The position numbers were made by a program, and so were the translations under genes. Below the pieces are notes generated by a model. The model searched no databases, had not been told where the DNA came from, and saw only the letters and a program-made list of their open reading frames with translations. Shown here piece by piece: positions 26,181 to 38,163 of a stretch of DNA of 64,000 bases; position 1 is the stretch's first letter; the number at the start of each line of letters is the position of its first letter. Source of the stretch: a virus. Lineage: Duplodnaviria > Caudoviricetes. Where the stretch lies: positions 1 through 64,000 of IMG/VR virus record IMGVR_UViG_3300013426_000018, one strand, 5' to 3'.

Positions 26181-27701
26181 TTAATTAGTCATGCTATTCT
26201 TTGTAGCCATGACAGACTTCACCCAAGCGGGCACAGCATTATCATTATTATTATTATTTATATCATTAAAGCTATAAGTCATTGGGTCGGTAGGTTTATT
26301 ATCTTTATTAAAAGATACCTTATTCCGTACACAAATAATAGACAATTTAGCCTCAATTTCATCCTTAGAATATTCATCAATATGATTAATAACATCTTTC
26401 TTATCTTCATCAGATAACATATAAAAACTATCAATCATTTCCTGCTTTTCTCTCTTTAAAACAGTATTTTTAAAAATAGTAAGCTCATTAAAATCAGATT
26501 CCATAGCATTAAAATCACTTTCAAGAGCAGTATACTGAGTCTTTAAAGTATTAAAAGCATCTCTAAGTTCTACATACTCAGGAATCTCTTCTAAAGAATA
26601 ATTTTTCTTATTCTTTTTCTTGTCATCATCTTCTTCATCTTCAGACTTGGAAGAATTTTCCTCTGTAGTATTTTTATTTTCCTCTGTAGTATCTTTATTT
26701 TCCTCAGTTTCTTCTTCATCTTTTTTGCCCTTCTTTTGAGCAACATATTCAGCAACAGCTTCTGCCGCAAACTGAGGTTCTGCGTCAGGCTCATAAGAAT
26801 CAAAAGCAACTAATTCAGTGCCAATGGTATAAGCTCCATCCTTATTGACCGCAAAATCAACTCTAGAATACTTATCTTCAGCCTTCAACACCGCAAATTT
26901 CTGTTCTCCATCTTCATAAACGCCTACAATATCATAAGCGTTATCAAGATTCTCAGCATAATCATACAGAGCAGTCCATAAGGCATCACCAATGGTTACA
27001 GAATACCGTGTAAGCACTCGTTGTTCCTCCTTACTTAATAATTTCGTCAATTCATTCATCATAGAGAATAACTGCTCTTTAAAGCCTTCATCGAATGAGA
27101 ACTGAATTGTTGGTGCAGTAATCCTAGCCCCTTCAAAACAAGGCTCATTGTCTTCGCCAAGAACACATAAGCCTTTAATAATTGCTTCATTGATAATAAA
27201 AAACTCTGGATTTCCGTTATTATCTTTTGACCAAAACGCATTTAAAATATTTTCATCTAATTCCATTGATTGATTATTGCCTTTTTCTACAATTCGAGCA
27301 ACTTCTGGGAATCTTCCAGTCCACAACCAACCTTCAGTCATTAAATATTCATGCTCATTTTGACCATCATCTAAATATTTAGCAAACCAAACCTTTGCAT
27401 TCAAATCAACGAATCCAATAGGCTTAGTTAAATCTTTTAAAACAAGTTCCCCATCCTCAACTTCTAATACCCTTGAGTGGGCCTAAAAGTCATTCTTTTC
27501 TTTATCCCAATATCCCACTATTGGGGAACCAGGCAAACTTTTAGCCATCTCTGTTGCGACAGCTTTCGTAATAATACTTTTATTGCGATTTGCCTGTTCC
27601 CCCACATAGCAAACTTTAATCTCACATTTTGAGATTAAAGGATTATAAGGAGTAATATTTAAAAACTCGACAGGGCTTTCTAATCGTACACTACTGTGCA
27701 T
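26181..27701 (-). CDS. Prohead protease/scaffold protein (506 aa, one TAG)
   Basis: Track ORFs 27483-27701 and 26181-27404 in frame; protease-like N-term (GLCVLGEDNEPCFEGA), acidic coiled-coil C-term. Confidence 0.75.
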
Positions 27702-27715
27702 CTTTTAGCCTCCTA

Positions 27716-29374
27716 TTAACTCATTGACTCCCTATTAGCGATTGTCTTGGCACTCTTCTAATCATCAGATTTCTCTGGCCGACCAGCTTCACCATTATTA
27801 TCGCTCGATGTATTTTGCGTTTTGGCAGAATTATTTGAACTTTTATTGCCCAAAATGTCTTCTCCATTTAGAGTTGAACTCATTAAAGGAGGTATCATAA
27901 TCTGGCTAAGTTGTAATATTTCATTCTCAAATACAGCCGCATTAAGAATAAAGCTCTAAGAATGCCCAAGAGCGATCTAGGGTAACATTTTTGAGAAACC
28001 TAATTGAGTCTATTCTTTATACATTTTAGATAAAGTCTAGTAATTATATTGAGTAGTTTCTAAAAAATAAAATTTAAAATTATACTTTTTAGAATTAGGA
28101 TTCTTTCGTAATACTATTCTATCCATAAAAGCATTTAACTAAAACAAAAATGACCGCATAGTGGATTCATCATCAAGAATCGATTTTTCCAGTGACAGAT
28201 TACCATCTGTGTTAAAAAGATTACGGGAAACACCCATGCTATTATAAGCAGTTCTTTCAGCTTGTTCTAGATTATCAGTAGAAGAAGTGCTTACAGTATC
28301 AGCTAGACTAATATCATCTACATCTGTAAAAGTAGTCAATACATCTACGCCAATGCAATTTTTTAGCATTTGGACAGCATTATTATGAATGTCTCGAGCT
28401 TCATCAACATCAAATACTAAATCATTATTTTTATCGAGAGGGAGTTTCTAAACGACAATCTTTAATAGCTGCTACATTAAACGCTTGCGTTCAAGCCCCT
28501 ATGCTTGGTCTAGATCTATTAAAGAAGGAATAGAATTTAATAAAACAGGAATATCACTATTATTAATATTAAATTTTACAGTATTCTCAGGATCAAGCAA
28601 ATACCAACCGTTACTAGCTAAAAACATTGAAGTAGTTGGATTATAAACATCAGTATCCATTAATTTGCCCTATTTATATAGAATGTATCCTTTTTGAAAT
28701 TCTGTGGGGAATAACCCCAAGACTCTCTAACGATAAGTGGTATTTGGAAAAGTATCAAAAAACTTCATATTAAATTCAACTGCAGGTTTATTACCAACCA
28801 TATACCTGGTACGGCAATACTCTATTGGAAGCTATTGAATTACTAACTAATCAGAATTGTCAATTATATAGCCATAATAACAACCATCCCGCACAACTTT
28901 GGCGCAAATTTCTCCACCCAACTTTTTAATATATGAATTATCGAAAAAAGTTAAAGCATTAGAAAATTCTTTTAAAACTTTATCTTCATTGGCACTATCA
29001 CTATAAATTTGAGGCATCATATACCAATCAAATCTATAAAGATAAGAAAAATAATCGCATACTCTTTGATAAATACCATTTAATTTATAAAAAAGATTAG
29101 AAATCCTACGCATTTCCATAGCATCATTCGTAGCAATGGCATTATAAATACCTTGTTTCGTAATTTGCCCAACCTCAGCATACTCGCCTTTATAATTTTC
29201 CATACGCAAAACTGCGTTATCTAAAGATTTAACACCAACTTTAATTTTATTAAATTCGACATTTTTTTCTTGGCAATCCTAATAATCTAAAGGAAACTGA
29301 CTAGGTCCAAAAAAATCAAAACCTTTTAAATGAGCTCTTTCTACTCTCTTCGCTTTCTAACCAAATTCTTCCAT
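27716..29374 (-). CDS. Portal protein (552 aa, TAG=Gln)
   Basis: ATG after AAGGAGG; joins track ORFs 28847-29209 and 28139-28369; size and position between terminase and protease. Confidence 0.82.
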
Positions 29375-29399
29375 TTCCTACCTCCTTTCTTATGAATTT

Positions 29400-29760
29400 T
29401 TAATAGCCTGCACGGCTCATTATATAATCATAATCAATTAAATTTTCTTCATAATAAGGGATTTCTATTAATTTAAAATCATGAAGAGCACAAAAACGTC
29501 TTTTTTTATTATCATTATATTGCTATTGGAAAAGCCCTTTCTTTCCCCCAAATTTAGTGCTTGGTTCGTAATGTTGCTTTCCCTAAAATTCTATTATAAA
29601 ATCAATATACCCATCATCATCGAATATAACAAAGTCAAAACGATCGTAATGGCTTCCCATTAGAACTCTTTAAATCTGGAAAGATATATTCTTCTTTAAA
29701 ATTAAGCCCAGCTTCTTCAAGTATCTCATGAATGCGAATTTCTCCACGAGAAGACATCAT
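29400..29760 (-). pseudogene. Vsr/DUF559-like small nuclease, frameshifted by an apparent 4-nt insertion at ~29641-29646
   Basis: MMSSRGEIRIHEILEEAG...KPLR then FDFVIFDDDG...IEFQGKQHY in a shifted frame; span 361 nt = 357+4. Confidence 0.7.
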
Positions 29761-29796
29761 AAATAATCACCTACTTTAATCTGATAAAGGCTTTCT

Positions 29797-32700
29797 TTAA
29801 TTAAAGAAAGCCCAATCAGAAGCTACAAATTTTTTCTTCTTTTTCTTTTTATCTTCTTCTAATTTTAAATAATAGAGGCCATATTCCATTGATGAGAATT
29901 TATCCTTACGAATTCTTTTATTAACTTGCTTAAGATTAATATTAGCTCCTTCAGTTTCTTCTCTTAAGTTGGCCATTTCCTCACCTAAAATGGAAGTTAA
30001 GTTAAAAGGAAGTAAATATTTTGCCCTCTGTTCTGTTGTCATATTTTGGCCTGCCTTTTGAGCAAGTAGTTTTTGCTATGCCATACGAGGGTCTATTAAA
30101 AATTTAACTTTTCCAGAAGCTAACTGAGATTTAACATTAACATGGGCTTCTGAATTAATTGCGGCGTTGGCCTTTATAATATACATGGCATCAAGCTCAG
30201 TGTCATTTGTTTTATATCTTACATATTCACCTTTATCATCATTATAAACACCAAAAGGAGGTAATACGTCTCCTGTCTCTTGTTCAATTTGCGGTTTGAC
30301 CATATAATCAACAAGGCCCGCACCATTGCCATTACCATCAATTACAATACGACTAGCATTATATTTATAATACAAACGTTTTAAAAATATTGCTTGATCT
30401 TCAAAATGTTCATCGTTCATAGTATACATATTAACTAATGTTTTTACAGGAATACCTTGTGGCTGAGGAGTCGATTTAAAGATACAAAATACTGTATCAC
30501 ATCCTTTAAAACGAGCCACGTCCACAGATATTACATATGTAGCGAATTTAGATGAACGCCCTGAAGCTTCATATTCAGGTTGATTAAGCACGCGATTACG
30601 TGCAAATATTTCTTGATTAAAATAAGCATCTTCTGTTGTGCCACTCCAGCGGCTTTCCAAATATCTTATGATGTTTTGTTAACATCTCTTTGACTCACGC
30701 CAAAGTTGAGACTATATCTTCTTGGTATTACACTTCAAATTTTTTAAACTTTACTCCATTAATGGATAGTCGTTGAACCTCTCAATTTATTAAAAATGAT
30801 TAGGCTGCTGATTGTCTCGCTGAGATTTTCCAGCAATTCATAATATTTAATGAGTCCAAAATTTTAAACTCTCTTTCAAAAGATGCTTCATTAAATGTCC
30901 CTTCGGCCTTCTAATCCGTTATAAAGGTCTTACTTTGAAGTCCCATGGCAACAGGAGTTCTCCATGTACCTCCAAGGACAATACAACGTTCGGGCTACAT
31001 GACCATACGCACAAGTAGACCAATCAAACGATCATATGAGTATGTTCCTTTATCATTGTTACTTATAATTTCTTATAAGATTAGACTATATCTTTATTGC
31101 ATTTATTATTTTTACAATAATCTCCATTTCCTATTAGTACTCCATAAAGGATAGTCGTTGAGCATTACTACCGAGGTAAGAAAGTCCATGTTTTCCCGGC
31201 TTTTATATTAGAAATTATCTTTCTATTAGCATTAGGAACTTTCTTCCTTAATAATATTTGTTGCTGATTAGCATAATATAAAAATTTTAGCTTTCCAGCA
31301 GTTAAAAGATTTTAAGCTGAGCATAAAAGGTTCTACCCAGCAGTAGTTCCATATTTTCCATGTGAATCGCTAAATCACATGCGTTAAACAGCTATATGTC
31401 TCCATATAGAGAAGACTATATCTTCATCTTCACCATTATGTGTTAAGAGTTTATTACTTCAATTATGCTTATAATTTACTCCATAAATGGATAGTCGTTG
31501 AACCTTTCCCTTGATAAAGGACTTGGCTGCTGATTGCCTTTTCAGGTTTTCCAGCAATTCTAAAAATTTACTTTTGCTAATTTCTTAACAATGATACTAA
31601 AATTAATATAAATCTAACTTTTATTTACCGGTTCAGTTTCGCACGTTGTGCCATCCATTGCACGTCGAGGAACTGCCATTACAGGTATGATGACTTCACG
31701 CAAGATTTTGTCATCGATACCAACACATTCTTCCATACTTCCCATAATATTATCCTATGAGTTTTTTATCTCATAGCTCTTATAATTTTTATTCTTATAA
31801 GATTAGCATATCTTTTCTTAATAATTAATTAAGTCCTGGCCTCGTGGGAAAATTATATTCTCTTTTTAAAGAGGTTCATTTCCTATGCGTTGCCCCTGAC
31901 TAATTTTTTAAATTAGCCTTCGGTTCGGATTAGCATTTCAGCCTCTCTGCTTAATTCCAGGATTTATACACGGCAGTTAAGTAATAGAAGAATAATAATT
32001 GTCAATTAAATCTTTATAACTTTTTCTATGAATAACAGCGTTCACTCTATCTTTAGAAATTCCTAATTCTTTAGCAATTTCTATCTATTTTTTATTTTTT
32101 TGATTTTCTAAAATATAATTAATCTATTCTTGTGTCAAAGGATTTTTTACATTTCCTCTTTTTCTATCTAAGCGCAGATGATTTAGATCATATTTCTTTT
32201 TTACTTTTTCTCTTATATCTTTTTTATTTTCGCTTGCTAACGAATTAAATTCTTTTAGATAATCCTAATAAGTTAATCCTTTTTTTAAACGCCAAAGAGC
32301 CTTTGAACTTATTTTGAAAATATCTGATAACAATCTATCATATCCGTCCTCTTCTAAGATAATAGACAAAATTTCAAAACAATTCTATTTAGATAATTTT
32401 TTTTTCATTATGAGGAACATAATTTTCTTTTAAATTCTCTTCTTTTAAATTAAGTTTTTTAGTATATTCTTGTATTTCATCTTCATTAATTAACTCTAAT
32501 CCATAAAGAGTATTTTTGCTTAAATTATCAATAACAGTATGGTCACAATTAAAATATCTTGATAAATATCTATTAATTCCAGAATATCTCTATAAAATAT
32601 GATAAAGTATACAAGCCTGATGATAACTAAAAATAGTTTTAGTTCCTTCTCCTCCCCAAGTTTCATTATATCCATTTAAATAACTATTATATTTCTCGAT

Positions 32701-35045
32701 CATTTTCTATTCTAAAATTAATAATTCCTATTCATTTTTTACTTCATAAGTATCCCAAATAAAATTAAAATTATCTTCTCCATATTTATTATAAGCTCTT
32801 TGCAATTTTATCGAATGATGCTACCCATTTTTTAAATCATTAAAATGGTGATATTTTCTGGCGTCTATGTCAATAGTCTACCCAATATACCTTTTTTGAT
32901 TTATTTTATTAATTATCTAATATATATAACCTCGCATATATTCACGTCCTTGTCTAATTTATTCTAATAGATATAAAATTTAGCAAAAACGTTTCTCTAA
33001 AAATCGACCAGAATAGCGTCATAAATTTTAATTCTACCGTGTCGACGCTAACCTCTAGAAGATTCTTTGGCCGCAAGATTATCAAGAACAGAATCATTCT
33101 TAAAGATATATTTTACATAGTCTTTACCTTCCTATGTCTTACCTCTTGACCAATTTATTTCTCTCTCTAATGGAGGTATTAGCCTACAAAGTTCCTATAC
33201 CTTTTGAGAAAGGATTTCCGCACTCTATTGTTTACCACCCGATGTCACAAAGAGATGAGCTCCTGGGTATAAGATACATTTTAATATTAAACCTAAAACT
33301 GTTAGAAATGATTTTGAATATGCCAAAATTTTCTATATATTACTATATAGCTTAGACTATATCATCAATGTTTATTTTTTCAAATCTTTTAAATCTTACT
33401 CCATAAAGGATAGTCGTTGAGCCCAATAGATAAGTAATCTATTTTGGTTGCTGATTGTCCCATCGGGAGTTCCCAGCATTTTAATAAATTTTTTCCATTT
33501 ACATGGCCCGCACATAATCTACGGGGAAAAGTTGCATACACGTATTGATAACGCATTACCGCACGCAAAAAACTTAAATCTTTACATTACTGTCTAAATA
33601 ATGCCAATATTAATTGCTCTATCTTTCAATAGAGAAGAGACTATATCTTTATCTTATGAATAAGATAAAATGCTTTTCAAAACTTCTTACTCCTTTACAG
33701 GATAGTCGTTGAACTTATGAATAATTTCTTTAATTTTTAATTCAATTTCTTCTTTAGACCAGGTGTATGGAATTATATATAACTCTATTCCATTATCAAT
33801 ACAATACTACTATTTAATCTTATCTCTTTTCTAAAAAGTTTCTAAACTCCCTTTAAAAAAGTTAGTTTCTTTATAATGCTATGCTCCATTAAATTCAATA
33901 GCTATTTTATAAATATTATTTTCTAAATAAAAATCAAATCTTTGTTTACTATTATTTAATCTTTTCTCTTGCTAAAAAGGAATACTATATTTTTGTAGAA
34001 TTGTTTTAATAAAAAATTCTCCATTACTTTCTTTTCGAGCACACTTTGGACAACTACTACGGCCATGAATAATATCTCCCGGGCAGACTTCCCAGATAAA
34101 ACCGCAATCATGTTTTAAAAGAACTTTAGTTGTTTGATTTACATAAGGACTTATTAATGTGTAAGTCCCCCTCTAACTATACTGATTCACTTCATCTATA
34201 AATTCTTTTGCTGTACGATTTCTTTTTACAGAAGTCTAACATCCACATCTCAAATGCCTCTTAAAATCTCTTAAAGTAGTGCATCTTACATGACCGCATT
34301 TTTTACATTTAACAGTATAATAAGTATGAGTACCTTTTACCTCAGTGAACAGAATAATATATTCGTTATTTAATTCTTCTAAGATTTTTTGTCTCTATAT
34401 AAGATTATGACTCTAACAATTACTACATCCATATTTTTTAGATTTTACAAAAAAATTTGAAAATTTATTTATTATAATAATTCTCTAACAGTTATTGCAT
34501 TTAACTTTTCCAGGTTTACCTAATCCGTTATATTCTAAAATATCAAAGTCTTCTAAAGGGAATCTCTACTTTATTCGATCTTGAATCTCTATTAAAGTTA
34601 ATTTTTTCATTATTCTCTCCTTCATAAGTGCTGATTATCTATTATTAGAACTTAGGCTTACACCTTATTCCATCCAAAAACTTTTTTCTACTTTCGTTCT
34701 TAATTAATTTCGAGAATTAAAAATTAATTAAGCATTTTGGCTTTAAGACTTCCCAGCGTTTAACATTTTTTTCTTTAACCCTTTTAGGCTAAAGGAGCTA
34801 TTTTTAACCCGCTAATAATAGAAAAACTTAAACTTGCCTTCGTTTTCCTTTTTTTCTTCTGGAGTAAATTCTTCCCCAGTAATGACTTTTGGCCCATAAA
34901 CCAAAAAATCAATAAATAAATCTGGGTATTCACGCCAGAAGGCAATATACTTGCGCAAAATGGGCTTTACTGCTTCAATACGTTCTTCTGATATGCCAAT
35001 TTTTTTCTTTGTATTAGATAACTCAAGCAAATCTTGGAGAGCCAT
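29797..35045 (-). CDS. terL: Terminase large subunit, 592 aa, 7 exons (35045-34807, 33572-33521, 33323-33036, 31742-31606, 31348-31335, 31053-30866, 30657-29797)
   Basis: Spliced total 1779 nt; YYQR, Walker A FPRAYSKS, Walker B-like GSMEEC, ITTAG coupling motif, RNase H-like ISVDVAR and IVIDGNGNG. Confidence 0.93.
30658..30865 (-). ncRNA. terL group I intron 6 (208 nt)
   Basis: P/Q/R/S core; P1 GAGTTT:GGACTC; joins SFEREF|ESRWSG. Confidence 0.88.
31054..31334 (-). ncRNA. terL group I intron 5 (281 nt)
   Basis: P1 GCTGGGT:GCTCAGC; CTCAACGACTA / AAGATATAGTCT; terminal G. Confidence 0.9.
31349..31605 (-). ncRNA. terL group I intron 4 (257 nt)
   Basis: P/Q/R/S core; 3' peripheral block closely resembles that of major tail intron 2. 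Confidence 0.87.
31743..33035 (-). mobile_element. terL group I intron 3 (1293 nt) with GIY-YIG ORF in the P1 loop
   Basis: Exon end CACGGT pairs with GCCGTG lying just after the ORF; CCCACGAGGC ... AAGATATGCT core; terminal G. Confidence 0.88.
31977..32937 (-). CDS. Intron-encoded GIY-YIG endonuclease (TAG=Gln), apparent +1 frameshift in an A9 run at 32397-32405
   Basis: MRGYIYQIINKINQKRYIGQT...GYNETWGGEG; frame breaks at the homopolymer, then continues to an HTH-like C-terminus. Confidence 0.85.
33324..33520 (-). ncRNA. terL group I intron 2 (197 nt), inside the Walker A codons
   Basis: P1 CCCGT:GCGGG; CTCAACGACTA / GATATAGTCT; joins FPR|AYSKS. Confidence 0.9.
33573..34806 (-). mobile_element. 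terL group I intron 1 (1234 nt) with endonuclease ORF
   Basis: Core motifs flank the ORF; joins YYQRV|FLRAVMRY. Confidence 0.88.
33687..34610 (-). CDS. Intron-encoded zinc-ribbon plus Vsr/DUF559-like endonuclease (307 aa, TAG=Gln)
   Basis: CxxC repeats, CPKC, RFDFYL...IEFNGAQHY...RDKIK; ends KFNDYP through the R element; absent from the ORF track. Confidence 0.82.
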
Positions 35046-36685
35046 TAATCGGGATTCTCCTTAACAAATTGTCGCAATTCATCTTCATCCATTTCTTGAG
35101 ATTGGAATTCCGCAAAATCTTCAAAATCTTTATCAGTAGTTATCTAACTTTCGATATCTTCCATTGCCATATCATCAAAATCAACAATATCATTTTCATT
35201 TTTAGCTTCAGCGTCTTCTTTTGCATTACGCTCAATAGCAGCTTGAAGTAATTCATTTAAATTAGTTTCTTCTTCAACCAACCTACGAGTATAACGTTGC
35301 ATATCTTGAAGAGTTATATCAACTCTATCATTTGGCTTATCTGAGTAAAATCTTTCAATATAACCATCTTTTTCACAAAGAGCAATTAGCTCTCCAACAG
35401 AATCAACACATTCACCATTTTCTGCTTTATTCTGAGCGGCTGTACATAATTATTAAATTACTGACTATTTTTTACTTATAATTAAATATAAGGAAATCAT
35501 TTCAAATTGCGTATCAATAGCAATCTTACTTTCCCGCCCAAAAGGCAAAGGAAATAGTCGATACAGGTTTATGCGCTAAGGCACATATTTCCCACGAGAT
35601 TACTTTATAGTTCCCTCGTTAGCTTAATTAAATATTAAACCCCAGTGATAAACTGGAAAAATTTTTCATAGTCCACAATTTGAACTTACCACTTTTCATA
35701 AGAGCATCATAAACTTTGCTCATCTTCTAAAAGCCATCTACCATAATTTTCTTTTGTTTCCAAAAGGATCAGACTATATCATCTACAAAAGTAGTTCTTC
35801 ACTTCCAAATAATTGTACTTCCTTGCGGAATAGTCGTTGAACTTTTTTGCCCATGGCAATTTTAGTTGCTGATTACCTATACGGCTTCCAGCAGTTCAAA
35901 GAATTTAATGGGGACGTAGTCCCATCCCCAATATCAATAAGCTAATTCATTTTTAGAGATGTCTTACAAATAAATTTTAATGTATCAACATGCCCAGCAG
36001 TCTAAATATCATAGGACTCCATCATATCATTATATAACTATTCAAGCTAAACCCATTCGGCTGGTTTATAGCCTTTGCCCCATTTAAGACGCAATTGGAG
36101 CTTTTCTTCATCAGTTAAATCAATATCTATGTCTGGAGTATCATCAACTTCTGTAAAATAGTCGTCCTAAGGCTGGCTAGAAAATTTATTAGCTTCCACT
36201 GGCTCAGGTTCATTAACATAAGCCGGAATTGCGATTTCTTCATCCATATTAGGAATAAGGAATTTGGGGTCATCAAGAGCTTTGGTAATTTCCTATTGGT
36301 CATAACCTCGGTCTTTCATAGCCTATTTTAATTCATTTTGTTCTTTTTCTTTTAAAAATTCAGTGTCTTTCCAACGATAATCTTTATACTAGATCATTCG
36401 CATTTTGCCAAGATACCTACCTATAATAGTTGCTCCGGTCAATTTTGTTTTATCCCGACCGTATTTCTCCATTAGGCTATACCATTGACTAGGTATATAA
36501 GGAACATCGGCTTCTTGCAGAATCCACATATAAGTATCTGGGTCCCAATTGTTGACGTGCATTGTTAAACATTTTTTACATTGATGGAATTTCCCATCGG
36601 GATATTTTTCTAAGTTATTAGATGAATAGAAATTTTTTTCATCCATTGTTTTGTGGCATTTTTCACAATATAAAGTCATTGCCAT
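35045..36685 (-). CDS. Zn-finger-containing protein coupled to terL (positional candidate for small terminase), 3 exons (36685-35924, 35741-35683, 35444-35045)
   Basis: CEKC/CKKC N-term; spliced LIDIGD|VDGFQKMSKVYDALMKSGKF|TAAQNK; TAATG overlap with terL start. Confidence 0.78.
35445..35682 (-). ncRNA. Group I intron (238 nt, second subtype)
   Basis: GCTAACGAGGGAA / AATCTCGTGG / TGTATCGACTA / AAATAGTCA; shares TATTGATACG with major tail intron 1. Confidence 0.85.
35742..35923 (-). ncRNA. Very small group I intron (182 nt)
   Basis: P1 TGGGGAT:GTCCCCA; AACTGCTGGAA / AATCAGCAAC / GTTCAACGACTA / GATATAGTCT. Confidence 0.9.
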
Positions 36686-36689
36686 AACA

Positions 36690-37787
36690 TTATTCCTCCT
36701 TTACTGGGAAAGAATCTGTGCTGGATTGCTTTAACCTATTTTGCCCTAACCGCGAATTACGGCAGCATTTACATATACTATAAAAGCCATCAGGAGCTCC
36801 TGGATTTTTACTAAAGTATTTGCCATGAGCTAACTTAACTTGCCCACATCGTCCGCACTTCTTATATCTACCTTTTTCTTCATTAAGATAGTAATAATTG
36901 AGAAACTCATCTTCGGCACAAGAAGCAATTATTTTAGGAATTTTATTACGCCACAAATTAGAAATATACTCAATACTATGCTTTATGCCAAATTCTTTTT
37001 GTATTTTTTCTTGAATTTGAATATTGCGTAACCCATCTACTTTATACTCACAAATGCGGTCATAGAGAGGGTAATTTTTTAAAGCCTTGTCAGCAAGTTT
37101 ATCAAAATCATACATTAAATACCATACATCTTTTTCAAACTCACCCCAGGCAGCTTCTTTAAGCCCACTATAATTGCAGAGAATTGTCGAAACAATTTTA
37201 GGATTCATAAGTGAAATTCCAGAAGGAATAACATAACCATCTTCATCAAAGGTAAAAGCGTCATCCATTTTTAAAAGATAGCGTGAACGAGTTAATTTTG
37301 TTGCGGTGATGGGCTTGCGGTATGCACTTTTTATGACATACTAGTCTTTTCGCAAATCAATAATGGTTTTTTTAATAATATATTTATCTCGACCTTGGGC
37401 TTTTTGTAATCTTTTTTCCCAATCACTAATAGCTTCCCGCACCTAAATTAATTCAGGGATTTCAATTAAATCTTTTTTAGTTATTGATATCTTTGGCTAA
37501 AAAATAGAATTTTTGTTGTCATTTATTAAATTATAAATACCATCTTCGCCATTTTCTAGCTAAGAAACAAGACCTTCATAAGAAGTTTCTCTTTTCCCGA
37601 TTGTAGCCATGCGATTATCAGTAATTAATTTTCGCTATTTTCGTTCTTGTTTCTCCATACAGAGGCATAAGTAATCAGCTAAAACCTCAAGATAAGCCGC
37701 AGGAGGATTTGGATTATCTTCGAGAATTTGTTTAACTAATTCATTACGTTCTTCTGGAGTCTACAATGTATAATCTAATTTTAACAT
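36690..37787 (-). CDS. Hypothetical protein with C-terminal HTH-like and CxxC Zn-finger region (365 aa, TAG=Gln); first gene of the leftward module
   Basis: ATG 37787 after GGAGG, in frame with track ORF 36690-37268. Confidence 0.8.
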
Positions 37788-37908
37788 TTTTGACCTCCAT
37801 TCTACAATTATATTATACCAAAAATTTTTTTGGCATTCCAGAAAAAATAAGTAAAGTATTAAAAAAATTTTATTTGATATTGAAAAAAATTTTTGGTATA
37901 ATAATTAT

Positions 37909-38163
37909 ATGAAAGATAGGAACTGGATAGCATACATAGAAATAGGTAACTTTCCTGCGGAAAGTTACCTAGTCCTTAAAGGAAAGTTACCAATAGAGAA
38001 AGAAAAAATTGACATTTATTGGTATGAAGAAGATATCACCCCTAAAGAATTTGCGGGTGAAGTAAATGATTTATTAGAATTTTATGATACCGTGGTAATG
38101 GCTACACCATTACCCAATAATTTAAGAAAGGAAGTAGAGAAATATGGAAATGAAGCTGAATGA
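37909..38163 (+). CDS. Hypothetical protein
   Basis: Track ORF directly after TTGAAA-17-TATAAT; possibly leaderless. Confidence 0.65.
   Translation: MKDRNWIAYIEIGNFPAESYLVLKGKLPIEKEKIDIYWYEEDITPKEFAGEVNDLLEFYDTVVMATPLPNNLRKEVEKYGNEAE

Noticed and set aside
26640-26710. 21-bp tandem repeat in the scaffold gene
   Set aside because: Simple coding repeat (EENKDTT/EENKNTT) in a low-complexity linker
29797-35045. Inteins or group II introns as the terminase interruptions
   Set aside because: Inserts break the reading frame, carry group I P/Q/R/S elements and end in G; no RT or GUGYG/AY boundaries
961-37031. Plus-strand track ORFs across the structural module, and minus-strand ORFs across 39-49 kb and 56-61 kb
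   Set aside because: Antisense shadows or alternate frames of real genes, without RBS or recognisable motifs
1-37787. Fragmented minus-strand ORFs read as a decayed prophage or mass pseudogenisation
   Set aside because: Breaks are almost all TAG in a single frame, or precise group I intron insertions; full-length genes reconstruct cleanly
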